Sequence record: OZ336095.1
Direction: 5' to 3' (one strand)
DNA from: a phage
Length of the DNA stretch: 64,000 nucleotides
The notes beneath the pieces are model-generated. The model was not told the origin of the DNA, ran no database searches, and saw only the letters and a program-made list of their open reading frames with translations. Shown in pieces: positions 11,099-21,180 of this stretch. Numbering within the stretch: position 1 is the first letter of the stretch; each line of letters starts with the position of its first letter. The translations under genes and the position numbers were made by a program.

Positions 11099-11842
11099 AT
11101 GAGTAATATTATAGCATTTACTGGAAAGGCACGTTCTGGAAAAGACACCTCATGTTCTATTGTGAAGAACATCTTAGAGGATGAGCACGGCTACAATGTT
11201 GAAGTAATGGCCTTTGCAGACAACCTTAAACTATCTGCATCAAAGATATTTGACTTGACTTGGAATGACCTGTACGGTGAAACTAAAGAGACTCCACAGG
11301 TTTTTGACTTATCATATCCTGAACTGATGTTCAAAGTTACGGAAGCTATGGAGTTCACCTTCAGAGATGAACGTTACCATATGGACTACAAGCTTATGTC
11401 AGAGTTAACCGGACGATTAATCATGGAGCTTAAGAAGGTTGCTAAACCGACTCTATTGACACGTCTGGGGTTTAGCAAAAAGTATAAATTCTCATCAAGA
11501 CAAATTCAACAGATTTGGGGTACTGAAGTTATCCGTAAAGTTATGGGCGACAAGTTCTGGTCTAAAGACCTTGAAAAAAGAATGGTTAGATTCTATGAAA
11601 TGTGCTCACTTAGAAATCAATATGGTTTTGTCTTAATCAGTGATTTAAGATTTGACTCTGAAGCTGAATGGCTGAGTAGATTTGCACACCAAACTATTGA
11701 AGTAAAAAGAGACAATGTGGACAAAGTTTCATCACATGTTTCAGAAAATGGGATTTCTACAAAATATGAGCGTGACATTATTCATAATAATGGTACTCTT
11801 GCAGACCTTGAGAACAAGCTAAGAGCCATCATTAAAGTTTAA
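11099..11842 (+). CDS. Deoxynucleoside monophosphate kinase-like P-loop kinase
   Basis: N-terminal IIAFTGKARSGKDT P-loop closely resembling T4 gp1 dNMP kinase; 247 aa; GGAG RBS. Confidence 0.55.
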   Translation: MSNIIAFTGKARSGKDTSCSIVKNILEDEHGYNVEVMAFADNLKLSASKIFDLTWNDLYGETKETPQVFDLSYPELMFKVTEAMEFTFRDERYHMDYKLMSELTGRLIMELKKVAKPTLLTRLGFSKKYKFSSRQIQQIWGTEVIRKVMGDKFWSKDLEKRMVRFYEMCSLRNQYGFVLISDLRFDSEAEWLSRFAHQTIEVKRDNVDKVSSHVSENGISTKYERDIIHNNGTLADLENKLRAIIKV

Positions 11843-11850
11843 AAGAGAGA

Positions 11851-12051
11851 ATGAAGATGAGAGTAAAAGACAATTTTAAAGTTATTGACCACCGTTTAGT
11901 GGAACTCTCATCTCTTTCCAATGAGGTAATGATTGAACGTCTTAAGAGAGTTGAATCACGAAGGAAAGAGATTGCAGATGAAATTCATGAACTGGACAAG
12001 ATTGAAAATGGATTGAAGGCAGAACTACAACGAAGAGGTGCTAATGTCTAA
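11851..12051 (+). CDS. Hypothetical small protein, 66 aa
   Basis: ORF track; charged, helical-looking. Confidence 0.4.
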   Translation: MKMRVKDNFKVIDHRLVELSSLSNEVMIERLKRVESRRKEIADEIHELDKIENGLKAELQRRGANV

Positions 12052-14029
12052 AGGTCGTAAATTGAAAGAGGCTGGTCAGTTTGTTGGTCATTGTGCATGT
12101 CCACGTTGTGGTTCATCAGATGCTGGTTCAATCTATCATCATGACGATGATTCTTATTCAATGACTTGCTTTAGTTGTAACAAAGGTTTCCCAGAGTGGG
12201 ATTTTGATAAAGGACAAATCGTGAGCACTTATTCTACTGGTTCAGACAATAAAAACCGTACTTTCCGTGGAATGGACTTAGAAGATGTAAAAGAAAACCT
12301 AGAAGCAATGGACTTGAAAGACAGGAAGATTCCTGCAAAAGTCCTTGAACGCTTAGGTATCAAGGTTGACATTGACAGTGACGGTGAAATTGATGCGCAC
12401 TTCTATCCAACTTACAAACGTAATGAAGATGGTAAGCTAGAACACGTTGGTTACCGTGTACGTCACCGTTACCCAGAAGACCATCCAAAAGAGCACCTAC
12501 GTGGTAAGCTAAAAGACTTTTCTGGTGGTGTTGGAGACATTAAAGGTGAACTAGCAATGTTCGGTTCATGGATTGCTCCAGAAGGTGGTAACCGTCTATT
12601 CATCTGGGAAGGTGAGATGGAATGTGCGACAGCAATCTATATGACTTCTCTTGCGATTAAGGACAAATCTCGTCGTAAGAATTACTGTCACGTATCTGTT
12701 CCGTCAGGTGCAAACATTAAGTCTATCAAAGATAACTATCAGTACATTACATCATTTGATGAGATTTACTTGTGCTTTGATAATGATGAAGCAGGTGCTA
12801 AAGCTACCAAAGAGGCTGCTGGCATTCTCCCTATCGAGAAGGTTCGTTTATTTCAGTATCCAGAGGGTGTAAAAGACCTTAACGAATGGTGGACAAAGTT
12901 CTATAAAGAGAAAGACACAGTTCTTGAAGGGTTTAAGCAGCGTATCTACAATGCACCCCGTTACTGCCCTGCTGGTATCAAGAACTTCGCAGATGGTTTT
13001 GAGGCAATGAAGAATCGTGGTCAGATTCCATTGATTCCTTTCCCAGAATCTTTCGGAGATTTGAACAGGCTGACTTATGGCGGTTACGGTTTAGGTGAGA
13101 TTACAACTCTGGCAGCACCATCTTCAGTGGGTAAATCTGCATACACTCGTGAAATGATTTATACTGCTTGGAAGGATACCGATTACAATATTGGTGTAAT
13201 TCCTGTAGAAGATACCTATGAAGAGTTGATGGAGATGCTTTGTGCAATCCACCTCAGCAAGCAGATTTCTGAGATTCCTTATGACGAACGTGATTGGGAT
13301 GAATTGAAGGAAGCACATGCAGAGCTATCTAAAGGTCGTCGTATCCACATCGTAGACCATCAAGGTGCAATTGACCAAGATAACCTGCTGGAATTTGTTG
13401 ACTATCTTGTTAACAGTTTAGACTGTAAGATTATTATTCTTGACCCTATTACGTTGGCTCTGTCACGTTCAGATACGGATGAAGAGGAAGTTTTGTCTGA
13501 ACTATTGCGCCGTTGCAAACGCTACCAGTATGCACAGGTGAACGTCTGTCACGTTCGTAAGAGCGCAGGTGGTCAGAAAGCTAACTCTGAAGGTGGAGAC
13601 ATCTCTGAAGAGGATATTAAAGGTTCAGGTGCGTATTTCCAGATTTCTATGAACAACATTCTGTTAATGCGTAACAAGGTTGACCCAGACCCTGTTAAGA
13701 AAAACTTGACAAAAATCAAGTTAACTAAATGTCGTCGTCACGGTAAGTCAACAGGTATTGCTGGTCATACTTGGTACAACCCAGATACAGGACGCCTCAT
13801 CAAAGCATCTGGTTGTGGAGTTGACATTGATGGTGCAGCAGAAAATATTCGCCAACAGTTTGGTATTGGTGAAGCTGAAGACCATTACGATGACTCTTTG
13901 CCACATTATGAGGATGAAGTGTTTGACCGTGAAACTGGTGAAGTTTATACTGAAGAACAACGTCAAAGTTCAACAATTCCACCTGTATTAAGTGAGGATG
14001 CAGATGACTGCCCATTCGAAACTGAGTGA
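12044..14029 (+). CDS. Bifunctional DNA primase-helicase (T7 gp4-like)
   Basis: N-terminal Cys4 zinc finger (CPRCGSSD...CFSCNKG); Walker A GEITTLAAPSSVGKSAY; ATG at 12044 with GAAGAGG RBS (track start 12038 is GTG). Confidence 0.8.
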   Translation: MSKGRKLKEAGQFVGHCACPRCGSSDAGSIYHHDDDSYSMTCFSCNKGFPEWDFDKGQIVSTYSTGSDNKNRTFRGMDLEDVKENLEAMDLKDRKIPAKVLERLGIKVDIDSDGEIDAHFYPTYKRNEDGKLEHVGYRVRHRYPEDHPKEHLRGKLKDFSGGVGDIKGELAMFGSWIAPEGGNRLFIWEGEMECATAIYMTSLAIKDKSRRKNYCHVSVPSGANIKSIKDNYQYITSFDEIYLCFDNDEAGAKATKEAAGILPIEKVRLFQYPEGVKDLNEWWTKFYKEKDTVLEGFKQRIYNAPRYCPAGIKNFADGFEAMKNRGQIPLIPFPESFGDLNRLTYGGYGLGEITTLAAPSSVGKSAYTREMIYTAWKDTDYNIGVIPVEDTYEELMEMLCAIHLSKQISEIPYDERDWDELKEAHAELSKGRRIHIVDHQGAIDQDNLLEFVDYLVNSLDCKIIILDPITLALSRSDTDEEEVLSELLRRCKRYQYAQVNVCHVRKSAGGQKANSEGGDISEEDIKGSGAYFQISMNNILLMRNKVDPDPVKKNLTKIKLTKCRRHGKSTGIAGHTWYNPDTGRLIKASGCGVDIDGAAENIRQQFGIGEAEDHYDDSLPHYEDEVFDRETGEVYTEEQRQSSTIPPVLSEDADDCPFETE

Positions 14030-14281
14030 TAGTTATAAAAGAGAGGGGTTCACACCCTTCTTTGAAGAAAAAAGTTTAAATAAATTTCAGGAAGAGTGTT
14101 TGACAAAGGTTGATAGGTTCTATAGAATGCTCTACATGAAATGTGATGGAGGTGTTGAGGTAGAAGAAAAGTTCCACCACAGTATTATCACAGTCACTAT
14201 TACTATACCTCAGCATAATATTGGTTGGCTGTTTATAATGAAAGAAAATGTGTTTGAATATCAAGTATATCGGAGAATATC

Positions 14282-14431
14282 ATGAAACACTCTAAAGCAT
14301 TTGAAAAAGTTTTTGGGGATTCCTTAAAAGCCACTGCTGGAAAACCAGCAAAATACTATGAAGAAAAACGTGTAAGAACTGGAAAAACTGCACGTAAAGC
14401 AGCTTCTAAAGATAAGCACAACTTCCAGTAA
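14282..14431 (+). CDS. Small basic protein, 49 aa (below ORF-track size cutoff)
   Basis: ATG with GGAG RBS; MKHSKAFEKVFGDSLKATAGKPAKYYEEKRVRTGKTARKAASKDKHNFQ. Confidence 0.3.
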   Translation: MKHSKAFEKVFGDSLKATAGKPAKYYEEKRVRTGKTARKAASKDKHNFQ

Positions 14432-14445
14432 TTAGTAATTAGTAT

Positions 14446-14474
14446 TTGACAATAGAGTATCAACAAACTAGAAT
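14446..14474 (+). promoter_or_regulatory. Sigma70-like promoter
   Basis: TTGACA, 17 nt spacer, TAGAAT, about 35 nt upstream of the SSB gene. Confidence 0.55.
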
Positions 14475-14510
14475 TAGTACTCTTCATAAATTGAGATAGA
14501 GGTTTAAATA

Positions 14511-15368
14511 ATGTCTAAAGTTGTTAAAATGAAAGCTCCGGTAGAGAAGTACAACGGTACTGAACGCCAAACTCTGCGTTACCTGCTGAAAGATGTCTGG
14601 TTTTATTACCTGAACACTTCACCACGTCCGGGAAAAGGTAAATCTATTGATAAGAAATTCCCAGGAAAAGACTGTAACTACAGCGTATCAATTCTGGCAG
14701 AAGACGGTAACAAACTGTTTAAAGAGTTTACTAAGTCTAAGAAAAATCCAGAAGGCTGGGATAAAGTCACTACTGAAGCAGTTGATGCAGACGACTTCGA
14801 AGAGAAGTTTGGTTGTAAACCACCTTTTGAAGCAGACACTTACTACATCTTGAAAGTAAGTCGTGCAGCAGCTTATAAAGATGGTGCTGTATGGACAGCT
14901 AAACAGTCATTCCCTGTTATGCTTATTGAAGAAGTAAATGGTAAGCGTGTAGCTGTTAAACAGCCGATGAAGAAAATCAAAGCTCAAGCATCTGATAAAC
15001 ATGAAGATGATAAGAACTATGATGTAATTCATCCAGATATTGCAGTTGGTAACGGTTCTTTTGGTAGTGTGATTCTTTCTACTCACTTCTACACTTTTGA
15101 GAATAATGTTCTGACAAAACCTATTCAGGAACAGTTTATCATTGATACTCTTGTACCTTACACTGGTGGTAACGGTGCTAACGGCGAACCTGAACTGGAT
15201 GAAGACGAACTGGCTATGCTTGGTCTTGATGGTGTCGAAGATAACGGTGAAATCACTGAAGAAGACGCAACAGACCACAAACCTTCGAATGATTCTGATG
15301 ATGGTGACGATGAAGACTTGCCAGACCCAGATGACGAAGAAGATGAAGACTTCGATACAGAAGACTAA
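14511..15368 (+). CDS. Putative ssDNA-binding protein with acidic C-terminal tail (gp2.5-like)
   Basis: 285 aa; extreme acidic tail DDGDDEDLPDPDDEEDEDFDTED; position after primase-helicase. Confidence 0.45.
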   Translation: MSKVVKMKAPVEKYNGTERQTLRYLLKDVWFYYLNTSPRPGKGKSIDKKFPGKDCNYSVSILAEDGNKLFKEFTKSKKNPEGWDKVTTEAVDADDFEEKFGCKPPFEADTYYILKVSRAAAYKDGAVWTAKQSFPVMLIEEVNGKRVAVKQPMKKIKAQASDKHEDDKNYDVIHPDIAVGNGSFGSVILSTHFYTFENNVLTKPIQEQFIIDTLVPYTGGNGANGEPELDEDELAMLGLDGVEDNGEITEEDATDHKPSNDSDDGDDEDLPDPDDEEDEDFDTED

Positions 15369-15387
15369 TCTCTAAAAGTTACTTTAA

Positions 15388-15415
15388 AGCCCTGTACTTA
15401 GTATGGGGCTTTTTC
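15388..15415 (+). terminator. Rho-independent terminator
   Basis: Hairpin agccc...ggggct followed by TTTTT. Confidence 0.55.
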
Positions 15416-15430
15416 ATATGGAGAGTCACA

Positions 15431-16471
15431 ATGGAGAAGTACACATTAAAAAAACTTCCCGATTCAGTTACACATGTCTTTATTGACTCTGACAGTATTG
15501 CCTATAAAGGTGCTTGTGTAGTTGAGAAAGCAAAATATAAATATGTCAATAAACTCACAGCAGAAGAATCTGAATCATTTGATAATGCAAAAGATGCTGC
15601 AAGATGGTTAGCAGACCAGAGAATCCTTGTGGAAGAGCTTGGCCTGACATTTGATGAAGATGAATGGGAAAGACAGACTTGGAAAGAAGCTAAGAGTGAG
15701 AAAGAAGCTATCATGGCTACTCAACAGGTTCTTCAGGAATGGCTTAAGGTGGTTGGTAAAGAGAGAACTTGGGTAGGTTATTTAACAGAGAAAGGTGTGC
15801 ATAAACATAAAGACATTAAAGGTCTTGAGCACCAATATCAAGGGAACCGTAAAGATGCTGTCACACCAACACACTTAGTTGCTTGTCGTGAGTATCTTCT
15901 GTCAAGACCAGAGTTCAAACTCTTAAAGGGAGGATTCGAAGCCGATTCAATCGTAATTGCTAAAGCTGAAAAGATGGGTAAGAAGGCTGCTCTTATGAGT
16001 ATTGACAAAGACCTTCGACAAGCTGAAGGAACTTATTGTATTGATATGACTTATGAAAAATCACCACTAATCTTTATTGCTGATAATAATGTTGGCGATA
16101 TCTGGGATTGTCCTATCAAATCAAAACCAAAAGCTGCAAAAACAGTTGGTGTAGGTTTTAAGTTCTTGTGCTATCAGGCTGTTGCTGGAGATAATGCAGA
16201 CAACTACTTCGGACTTAAAGGTGCTGGTAAAGTAGCTGTGATGAATGCTTTAGATGGTAAAGAGACCTACAAAGAGTGTCTTGATGCTATCTATGAACTC
16301 TATGCTAAAAAAGACTCTTACACCTATGTATCATGGGATGGACAGACTGTTACAAAGACACCGTTAGAGCTAATGGAACAGCATTTCTGGATAGCTTATC
16401 AAGAAAGAAATCCAAAAGATAATTTCTCTTTTAAGAAATATAATTGGGAGCCGTGTATGAATGAAGATTAA
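15431..16471 (+). CDS. 5'-3' exonuclease / flap endonuclease (RNase H-like)
   Basis: VFIDSDSIAYKGA N-terminal motif and EADSIVIAKA (EADD-type) motif of the FEN / 5' nuclease family. Confidence 0.6.
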   Translation: MEKYTLKKLPDSVTHVFIDSDSIAYKGACVVEKAKYKYVNKLTAEESESFDNAKDAARWLADQRILVEELGLTFDEDEWERQTWKEAKSEKEAIMATQQVLQEWLKVVGKERTWVGYLTEKGVHKHKDIKGLEHQYQGNRKDAVTPTHLVACREYLLSRPEFKLLKGGFEADSIVIAKAEKMGKKAALMSIDKDLRQAEGTYCIDMTYEKSPLIFIADNNVGDIWDCPIKSKPKAAKTVGVGFKFLCYQAVAGDNADNYFGLKGAGKVAVMNALDGKETYKECLDAIYELYAKKDSYTYVSWDGQTVTKTPLELMEQHFWIAYQERNPKDNFSFKKYNWEPCMNED

Positions 16472-16958
16472 AAGATTTGGCAATTGCCCCACCTATGGTC
16501 ATTGGGTATCTTTATGTGGGGAAGTTGACCCCACTAAACATTTTGGTTTTGTCTATTTAGTACACTGTAAGAAGACTGGACAATATTATATCGGAAAGAA
16601 ACAGCTTAATAGTGTGACCAAAAGAAAAGTTGCTGGCAAGACTCGGAAGAAGGTAGTCACTAAGGAGAGTGATTGGATGACTTACGAGACTTCTTCTGAG
16701 TATATTAAAAAAGATATTGAGAGCTTTGGAAAAGAATTTTTTGACTTTTACATTATCCAAACCTACTACACGAAAGGTGGTCTAGTTTATGGCGAAGCAA
16801 ACCTTCAACATAAATTCGATGTAATGACAAAAAGGATTGACTCTAAGCTCAGACTCTTCTACAATGCCAATATTGCAGCAATTAAGTTTATCACTAAAGA
16901 AACTTATGAAGATGCTGAAAAAAGAATCCATAAGGTAATGAAAGCAAATTGTGCTTGA
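16461..16958 (+). CDS. GIY-YIG-like domain protein (possible endonuclease)
   Basis: FGFVYLVHCKKTGQYYIGKK resembles the GIY...YIG motif spacing. Confidence 0.35.
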   Translation: MKIKRFGNCPTYGHWVSLCGEVDPTKHFGFVYLVHCKKTGQYYIGKKQLNSVTKRKVAGKTRKKVVTKESDWMTYETSSEYIKKDIESFGKEFFDFYIIQTYYTKGGLVYGEANLQHKFDVMTKRIDSKLRLFYNANIAAIKFITKETYEDAEKRIHKVMKANCA

Positions 16959-16979
16959 TAACTATTGAGAGAGAATAAA

Positions 16980-17210
16980 ATGTTTAACAAAAGTAAAGCT
17001 GTGAGTCATGTAGCAAAGGTTGACAGCAAGATTGAAGAACTTGAGCGCATTCTTGCAAATGCCAGAGAGTCAATAATTAAAGAAGTTGAAGCTGTTGAAT
17101 CTCAAATGCAGCACCTAATGCTTAAACGTCAAGAGTTACGTGAGCATCTGGAATATATTGAAACACGAGAGCTAAAAGTTAACAGATTTTTAAGGAGTCC
17201 GAATGTTTAA
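16980..17210 (+). CDS. Hypothetical small protein
   Basis: ATG at 16980 after GAGAGAG (track start 16965 is TTG). Confidence 0.4.
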   Translation: MFNKSKAVSHVAKVDSKIEELERILANARESIIKEVEAVESQMQHLMLKRQELREHLEYIETRELKVNRFLRSPNV

Positions 17211-17958
17211 CTCAAGAGAATCAGTAAAAAACTGGAATCTTCGTTGTGGAAACACCCAAAAGCAACCTTACAGCAATGAGTATTGGGAATCTTTGAAATC
17301 TCAATCTCTGTGTATGCTTGAGGAAGCAAAAGAGCTTGTAAAAGCAATTGAAGAGAAAGACCCCATTGAGACACTGGATGCTCAGGCAGATTTGCAATAT
17401 GTTCTTGATGGTTTGATTTACCTGTCACAACATGACCATAACGGTGCTATGAAAGCTGTTTGTCATAATAATGACCTGAAGTACACAGATGACTATGAAG
17501 AAGCTTTAAAACGTCTTGCAGATATTGAGAAGCGTACTGGTCAAGAGTGTATCATCAGAATGTCAGTAGTTGATGGTAAAGAGTGGTATGCGATTGTTCG
17601 TGCAGCCGATGGTAAGATTATGAAGCAGTCTAATCTTCCTAAAGTGCAGCTTGGTGAATACATTGTAGAACTTGAAAGCCAAGAACTTTTTGTGGTAGTA
17701 TCTGAGACATGCGTTATCTGCAAAAGTATTGTAGGTAGCTTAAAGGATTTGGGTGTAGATGGTTTTGTAGAAGTTAATCCAATTACCTCTAAAGCAGATA
17801 AAGATTTCTGTAAAGAGAACGGACTATGGATTGCAGATATTGTCTACTATGATGGTGAGCAGTTCCATGTAACCTCATACCCGAAACTGAATTATGATGC
17901 TAATAACCTGAAGTGCTGGTTAAAAGGGGTTGGTTATAATGGATTCACAGAACATTAA
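17203..17958 (+). CDS. Hypothetical protein; N-terminal MazG-like NTP pyrophosphohydrolase-like region and C-terminal CxxC thioredoxin-fold-like region
   Basis: EEAKELVKAIEEKD...DAQADLQYVLDG acidic helix pattern; C-terminal VVVSETCVICKS. Confidence 0.3.
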   Translation: MFNSRESVKNWNLRCGNTQKQPYSNEYWESLKSQSLCMLEEAKELVKAIEEKDPIETLDAQADLQYVLDGLIYLSQHDHNGAMKAVCHNNDLKYTDDYEEALKRLADIEKRTGQECIIRMSVVDGKEWYAIVRAADGKIMKQSNLPKVQLGEYIVELESQELFVVVSETCVICKSIVGSLKDLGVDGFVEVNPITSKADKDFCKENGLWIADIVYYDGEQFHVTSYPKLNYDANNLKCWLKGVGYNGFTEH

Positions 17959-18262
17959 TAAAGAGGGTGTGGCTCAGAAGAGCCACTTCTCAAACTACAA
18001 TATTTCTATGACGGTGTTTATGAATGACCCGTTACTAGAAAAATATGGTGAGACTCCAGATACACTTCTGGACAATGAACAAGTTTTAAAAGCAGTCCTG
18101 TACAAATACGGGATTGATATTGAGAAAGAATATTCTTTTGAAATCTGCCAACACAGAAATACTTTTGGTAAAGTTGTGATGGCTCCGCTCTTTATGGGTG
18201 TAGAAAGAACTGACTATGGTTGGTTGTATCTAAAAAGAAACTTGGAGAAATACCGTGTCTAA
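17930..18262 (+). CDS. Hypothetical protein, 110 aa
   Basis: ORF track. Confidence 0.4.
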   Translation: MVIMDSQNINKEGVAQKSHFSNYNISMTVFMNDPLLEKYGETPDTLLDNEQVLKAVLYKYGIDIEKEYSFEICQHRNTFGKVVMAPLFMGVERTDYGWLYLKRNLEKYRV

Positions 18263-18587
18263 AACAAAAAAGCTATCTTATGATGACATTATCTCAGGTG
18301 CTAAGTTAGGTGTTGATAGTATAGGACAAGACGTTAAGCACGGAGACACAGTTATGTACTGTGATGACCGAAAAGGCAGAAGTGCAATCTTGTTTGGAAG
18401 AGTTGTTTGCAAGATACGAGGTAATTATGTTGTTGAAGACATGAATGTTGATGTCACAAAACAGCTTGAAATTATTATGAGTAATAATATATCATGGTTC
18501 ATCAATTGTATGCACACTTCTTCAGTCACAAAAGTAAGTGATAAGTTTTACGACATGTGGCAGAATGAGCAAATTTTCAAGATTTAA
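18255..18587 (+). CDS. Hypothetical protein, 110 aa
   Basis: ORF track. Confidence 0.4.
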   Translation: MSKTKKLSYDDIISGAKLGVDSIGQDVKHGDTVMYCDDRKGRSAILFGRVVCKIRGNYVVEDMNVDVTKQLEIIMSNNISWFINCMHTSSVTKVSDKFYDMWQNEQIFKI

Positions 18588-18593
18588 ACTAGG

Positions 18594-18616
18594 GAGCCTC
18601 TTCGGAGGCTCTTTTC
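18594..18616 (+). terminator. Rho-independent terminator
   Basis: gagcctc-ttcg-gaggctc hairpin followed by TTTTC. Confidence 0.6.
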
Positions 18617-18632
18617 ATCTGTAGGATTCAAA

Positions 18633-20867
18633 ATGATTAAGACAATTAAAAAATCAAACGGTACAGTAGTAAGCTTTGACCCAGAAAGACTGAATAAATG
18701 GGCATCATGGGCAGATAAGCGTGGAATTATCTGGTCAGAAGTCACTATGGAAGCCATGAAACGTGTCTATGAAGGCTGCACTACAAAAGAGATGCACCAA
18801 GCCATGATTGATGTTTGTGTTGATAAACAAACTCAAGAGTACTCAGACATGGCTGGACGGCTACTTCTGGGTATTATCTACAAAGAAGCCTTTGGAGGCT
18901 TTACTAAGGTTCCTACTCTGGTTACCTTCGTTAAAAATATGGAGAGAGCAGGACTTTGGGAGAAGATGGATTATTCACAGGAAGAGCTTGAATACCTGCA
19001 AGGTTACATCGTGCACTCAAAAGATATCTCTTACGGCTATGCAGTCTTGAAACAGTTCAGAGACAAGTATGGTATCCGTGATATTAAAACTGGAAGACTT
19101 TTTGAGTCACCTCAATTTATGTTTATGGGTATGGCTATGAAAGCCTTTGAGAAGCAACCAAAGCACCGTAGACTGCAAGATGTTATCAAGCTGTACACTT
19201 ACCTATCTGACCTGAAGATTAACGCTCCTACTCCTTATTTAAACGGTTTAAGAGCAACTAAATCAGGCTATGCGTCATGCTGTTTGATTAAGGCAAATGA
19301 TACTGCTGAATCACTTGGTATTGCTGCAAAGGTTGCTTATGATATGACTACAAAGCAAGCTGGTATCGGTATGCTGATGGAGACTCGCACTATTGGTGAT
19401 GGTATCCGTCAAAACACCATTGAGCACATGGGTAAGCTACCTTATTATAAGCTTGTACGTTCATCTGTAGAGGCAAATAAACAGAAGAGTCGTGGTGGCT
19501 CAGCTAATAACTTCTACACTGCTCTAGACCCGCAGATTGAAGATTTACTGCGTTTGAAGCACCCTACAACGGTTCCTTCTAAACGTATTAATGAGATGGA
19601 CTACTCATTCGGCACAAACGATTATTTCTGGCAGTGTGTTCAGTATGATACAGATTGGTTGCTATTCTCTTACAAAGATGCACCAAAACTCTATGACATG
19701 TTCTACACAGCATCTGCTGATGAGTTTGCTATGGCAGTTGGTCATGCAGTACATTCAGGTGTTAAGCACAGACGGGTAAAGGCTCGTGAAATTGCTAAGC
19801 TGTTTATCCAGCAGCGTTATGCAACAGGTCGTGTGTATCCTTTCTTCACCAACAATGCAAACACACACACGCCATTTAAAGAACCATTGAAGATGTCAAA
19901 TCTTTGTATGGAAATTGTGTTGCCAGTGTACGGATTTGAGAAAGAGACAGACCTTTACAGAGATGATGCTGTGAAAGAGGATGGTGAGGTGGCTCTTTGC
20001 TTCCTAGCTAGTTTGGTTGCAGGGAGAATTTCAGAAGATGAATACGCTGACGTTGCTTATTATGCTCTTGCAATGGTTGACTCCGTTATTGACCTTATGG
20101 ATTATCCGTATCCGTCGATGCGTAACCATGTTCAGAAGCGTCGTTCTGTTGGGATTGGCCTTACAAATGTGGCTCATTACCTTGCGAAGAACTACGTGAA
20201 CTACTCTTCACGAGCAGGTAAAACGAAACTCCATGAACTGGCAGAGATGCACTCTTACTATCTGCATGAAGCCTCTCTGAGACTTGCTAAAGAGCGTGGC
20301 GTTCCAGAGTACATGAAGTTCACTAAGTATCCTGAAGGTTGGGTTCCTCCAAAGACAGCTAACAAGAAGATTGATGAAAAGCATGATGCAAAACTACGAT
20401 ATGATTGGGATGACTTAGCACAACGTATCAAAGAAAATGGTGGAATCCGAAACTCTGTATTAGAAGCTTACATGCCTAATGAGAGTTCTTCACTAGCAAC
20501 TAATACGACAAATGGCTTGTACCCAATTCGTGACTTTATTTTAACTAAAAAGTCTGCAACTGGTAACGTGCTGTTTATTGTTCCAGATTATGAAGAGTTA
20601 AAGTATGTATATGAAATTGCTTGGGGTATTGACACCTTTGACCTGATTGATTGTTATGCAATTGTTCAAAAGTTCACTGGTCAAGCTATCTCTTCAGATT
20701 TCTATGTTGACTACGCAAAAGCTAAGAAGGTATCATTGGCTCAAGCTTTGAAGTACATGATTTATGCCAACTCGGTAGGTATGAAAACCATGTACTACCT
20801 TAACAGTCGCATTGGTGTAGGTAAATCTGCACTGCAAGATGCTTATTGCGAGGGTTGTGGTGTTTAG
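18633..20867 (+). CDS. nrdA: Ribonucleotide reductase class Ia large subunit
   Basis: 744 aa; N-terminal ATP-cone-like region; active-site SNLCMEI; paired with downstream nrdB. Confidence 0.9.
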   Translation: MIKTIKKSNGTVVSFDPERLNKWASWADKRGIIWSEVTMEAMKRVYEGCTTKEMHQAMIDVCVDKQTQEYSDMAGRLLLGIIYKEAFGGFTKVPTLVTFVKNMERAGLWEKMDYSQEELEYLQGYIVHSKDISYGYAVLKQFRDKYGIRDIKTGRLFESPQFMFMGMAMKAFEKQPKHRRLQDVIKLYTYLSDLKINAPTPYLNGLRATKSGYASCCLIKANDTAESLGIAAKVAYDMTTKQAGIGMLMETRTIGDGIRQNTIEHMGKLPYYKLVRSSVEANKQKSRGGSANNFYTALDPQIEDLLRLKHPTTVPSKRINEMDYSFGTNDYFWQCVQYDTDWLLFSYKDAPKLYDMFYTASADEFAMAVGHAVHSGVKHRRVKAREIAKLFIQQRYATGRVYPFFTNNANTHTPFKEPLKMSNLCMEIVLPVYGFEKETDLYRDDAVKEDGEVALCFLASLVAGRISEDEYADVAYYALAMVDSVIDLMDYPYPSMRNHVQKRRSVGIGLTNVAHYLAKNYVNYSSRAGKTKLHELAEMHSYYLHEASLRLAKERGVPEYMKFTKYPEGWVPPKTANKKIDEKHDAKLRYDWDDLAQRIKENGGIRNSVLEAYMPNESSSLATNTTNGLYPIRDFILTKKSATGNVLFIVPDYEELKYVYEIAWGIDTFDLIDCYAIVQKFTGQAISSDFYVDYAKAKKVSLAQALKYMIYANSVGMKTMYYLNSRIGVGKSALQDAYCEGCGV

Positions 20868-20922
20868 TTTTAACAACTATGAGGGTCGTAAAAGACCCTC
20901 TAAAAATAACTTTGGAGAGACC

Positions 20923-21180
20923 ATGAAAGATTTAATAGAAAAACATGAGCGGCCTATATACTTGCTCCACAAGCCTCGGAAAACGATGTACTATGTGAGT
21001 AGCACAGATATGATGATAAAACAAAAGGATGACTCATGGGTTGCTGGTATCTCTTACATCTCTATAGCAGATGGTAAAATCTACGCAAGACCTTATGAGA
21101 TGTTTAACAAAGAAAATTGGGAAGTTTTAGACAGAAAACAAGCCTTAGAAATGATAAAGAAAGGAGAAATCACGCTATGA
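20923..21180 (+). CDS. Hypothetical small protein
   Basis: ORF 20839..21180 trimmed to Met with GGAGAG RBS; stop overlaps nrdB start (ATGA). Confidence 0.4.
   Translation: MKDLIEKHERPIYLLHKPRKTMYYVSSTDMMIKQKDDSWVAGISYISIADGKIYARPYEMFNKENWEVLDRKQALEMIKKGEITL

Noticed and set aside
13748-14015. Overlapping plus and minus ORFs at the 3' end of the primase-helicase gene
   Set aside because: Fully contained in the primase-helicase ORF or antisense to it
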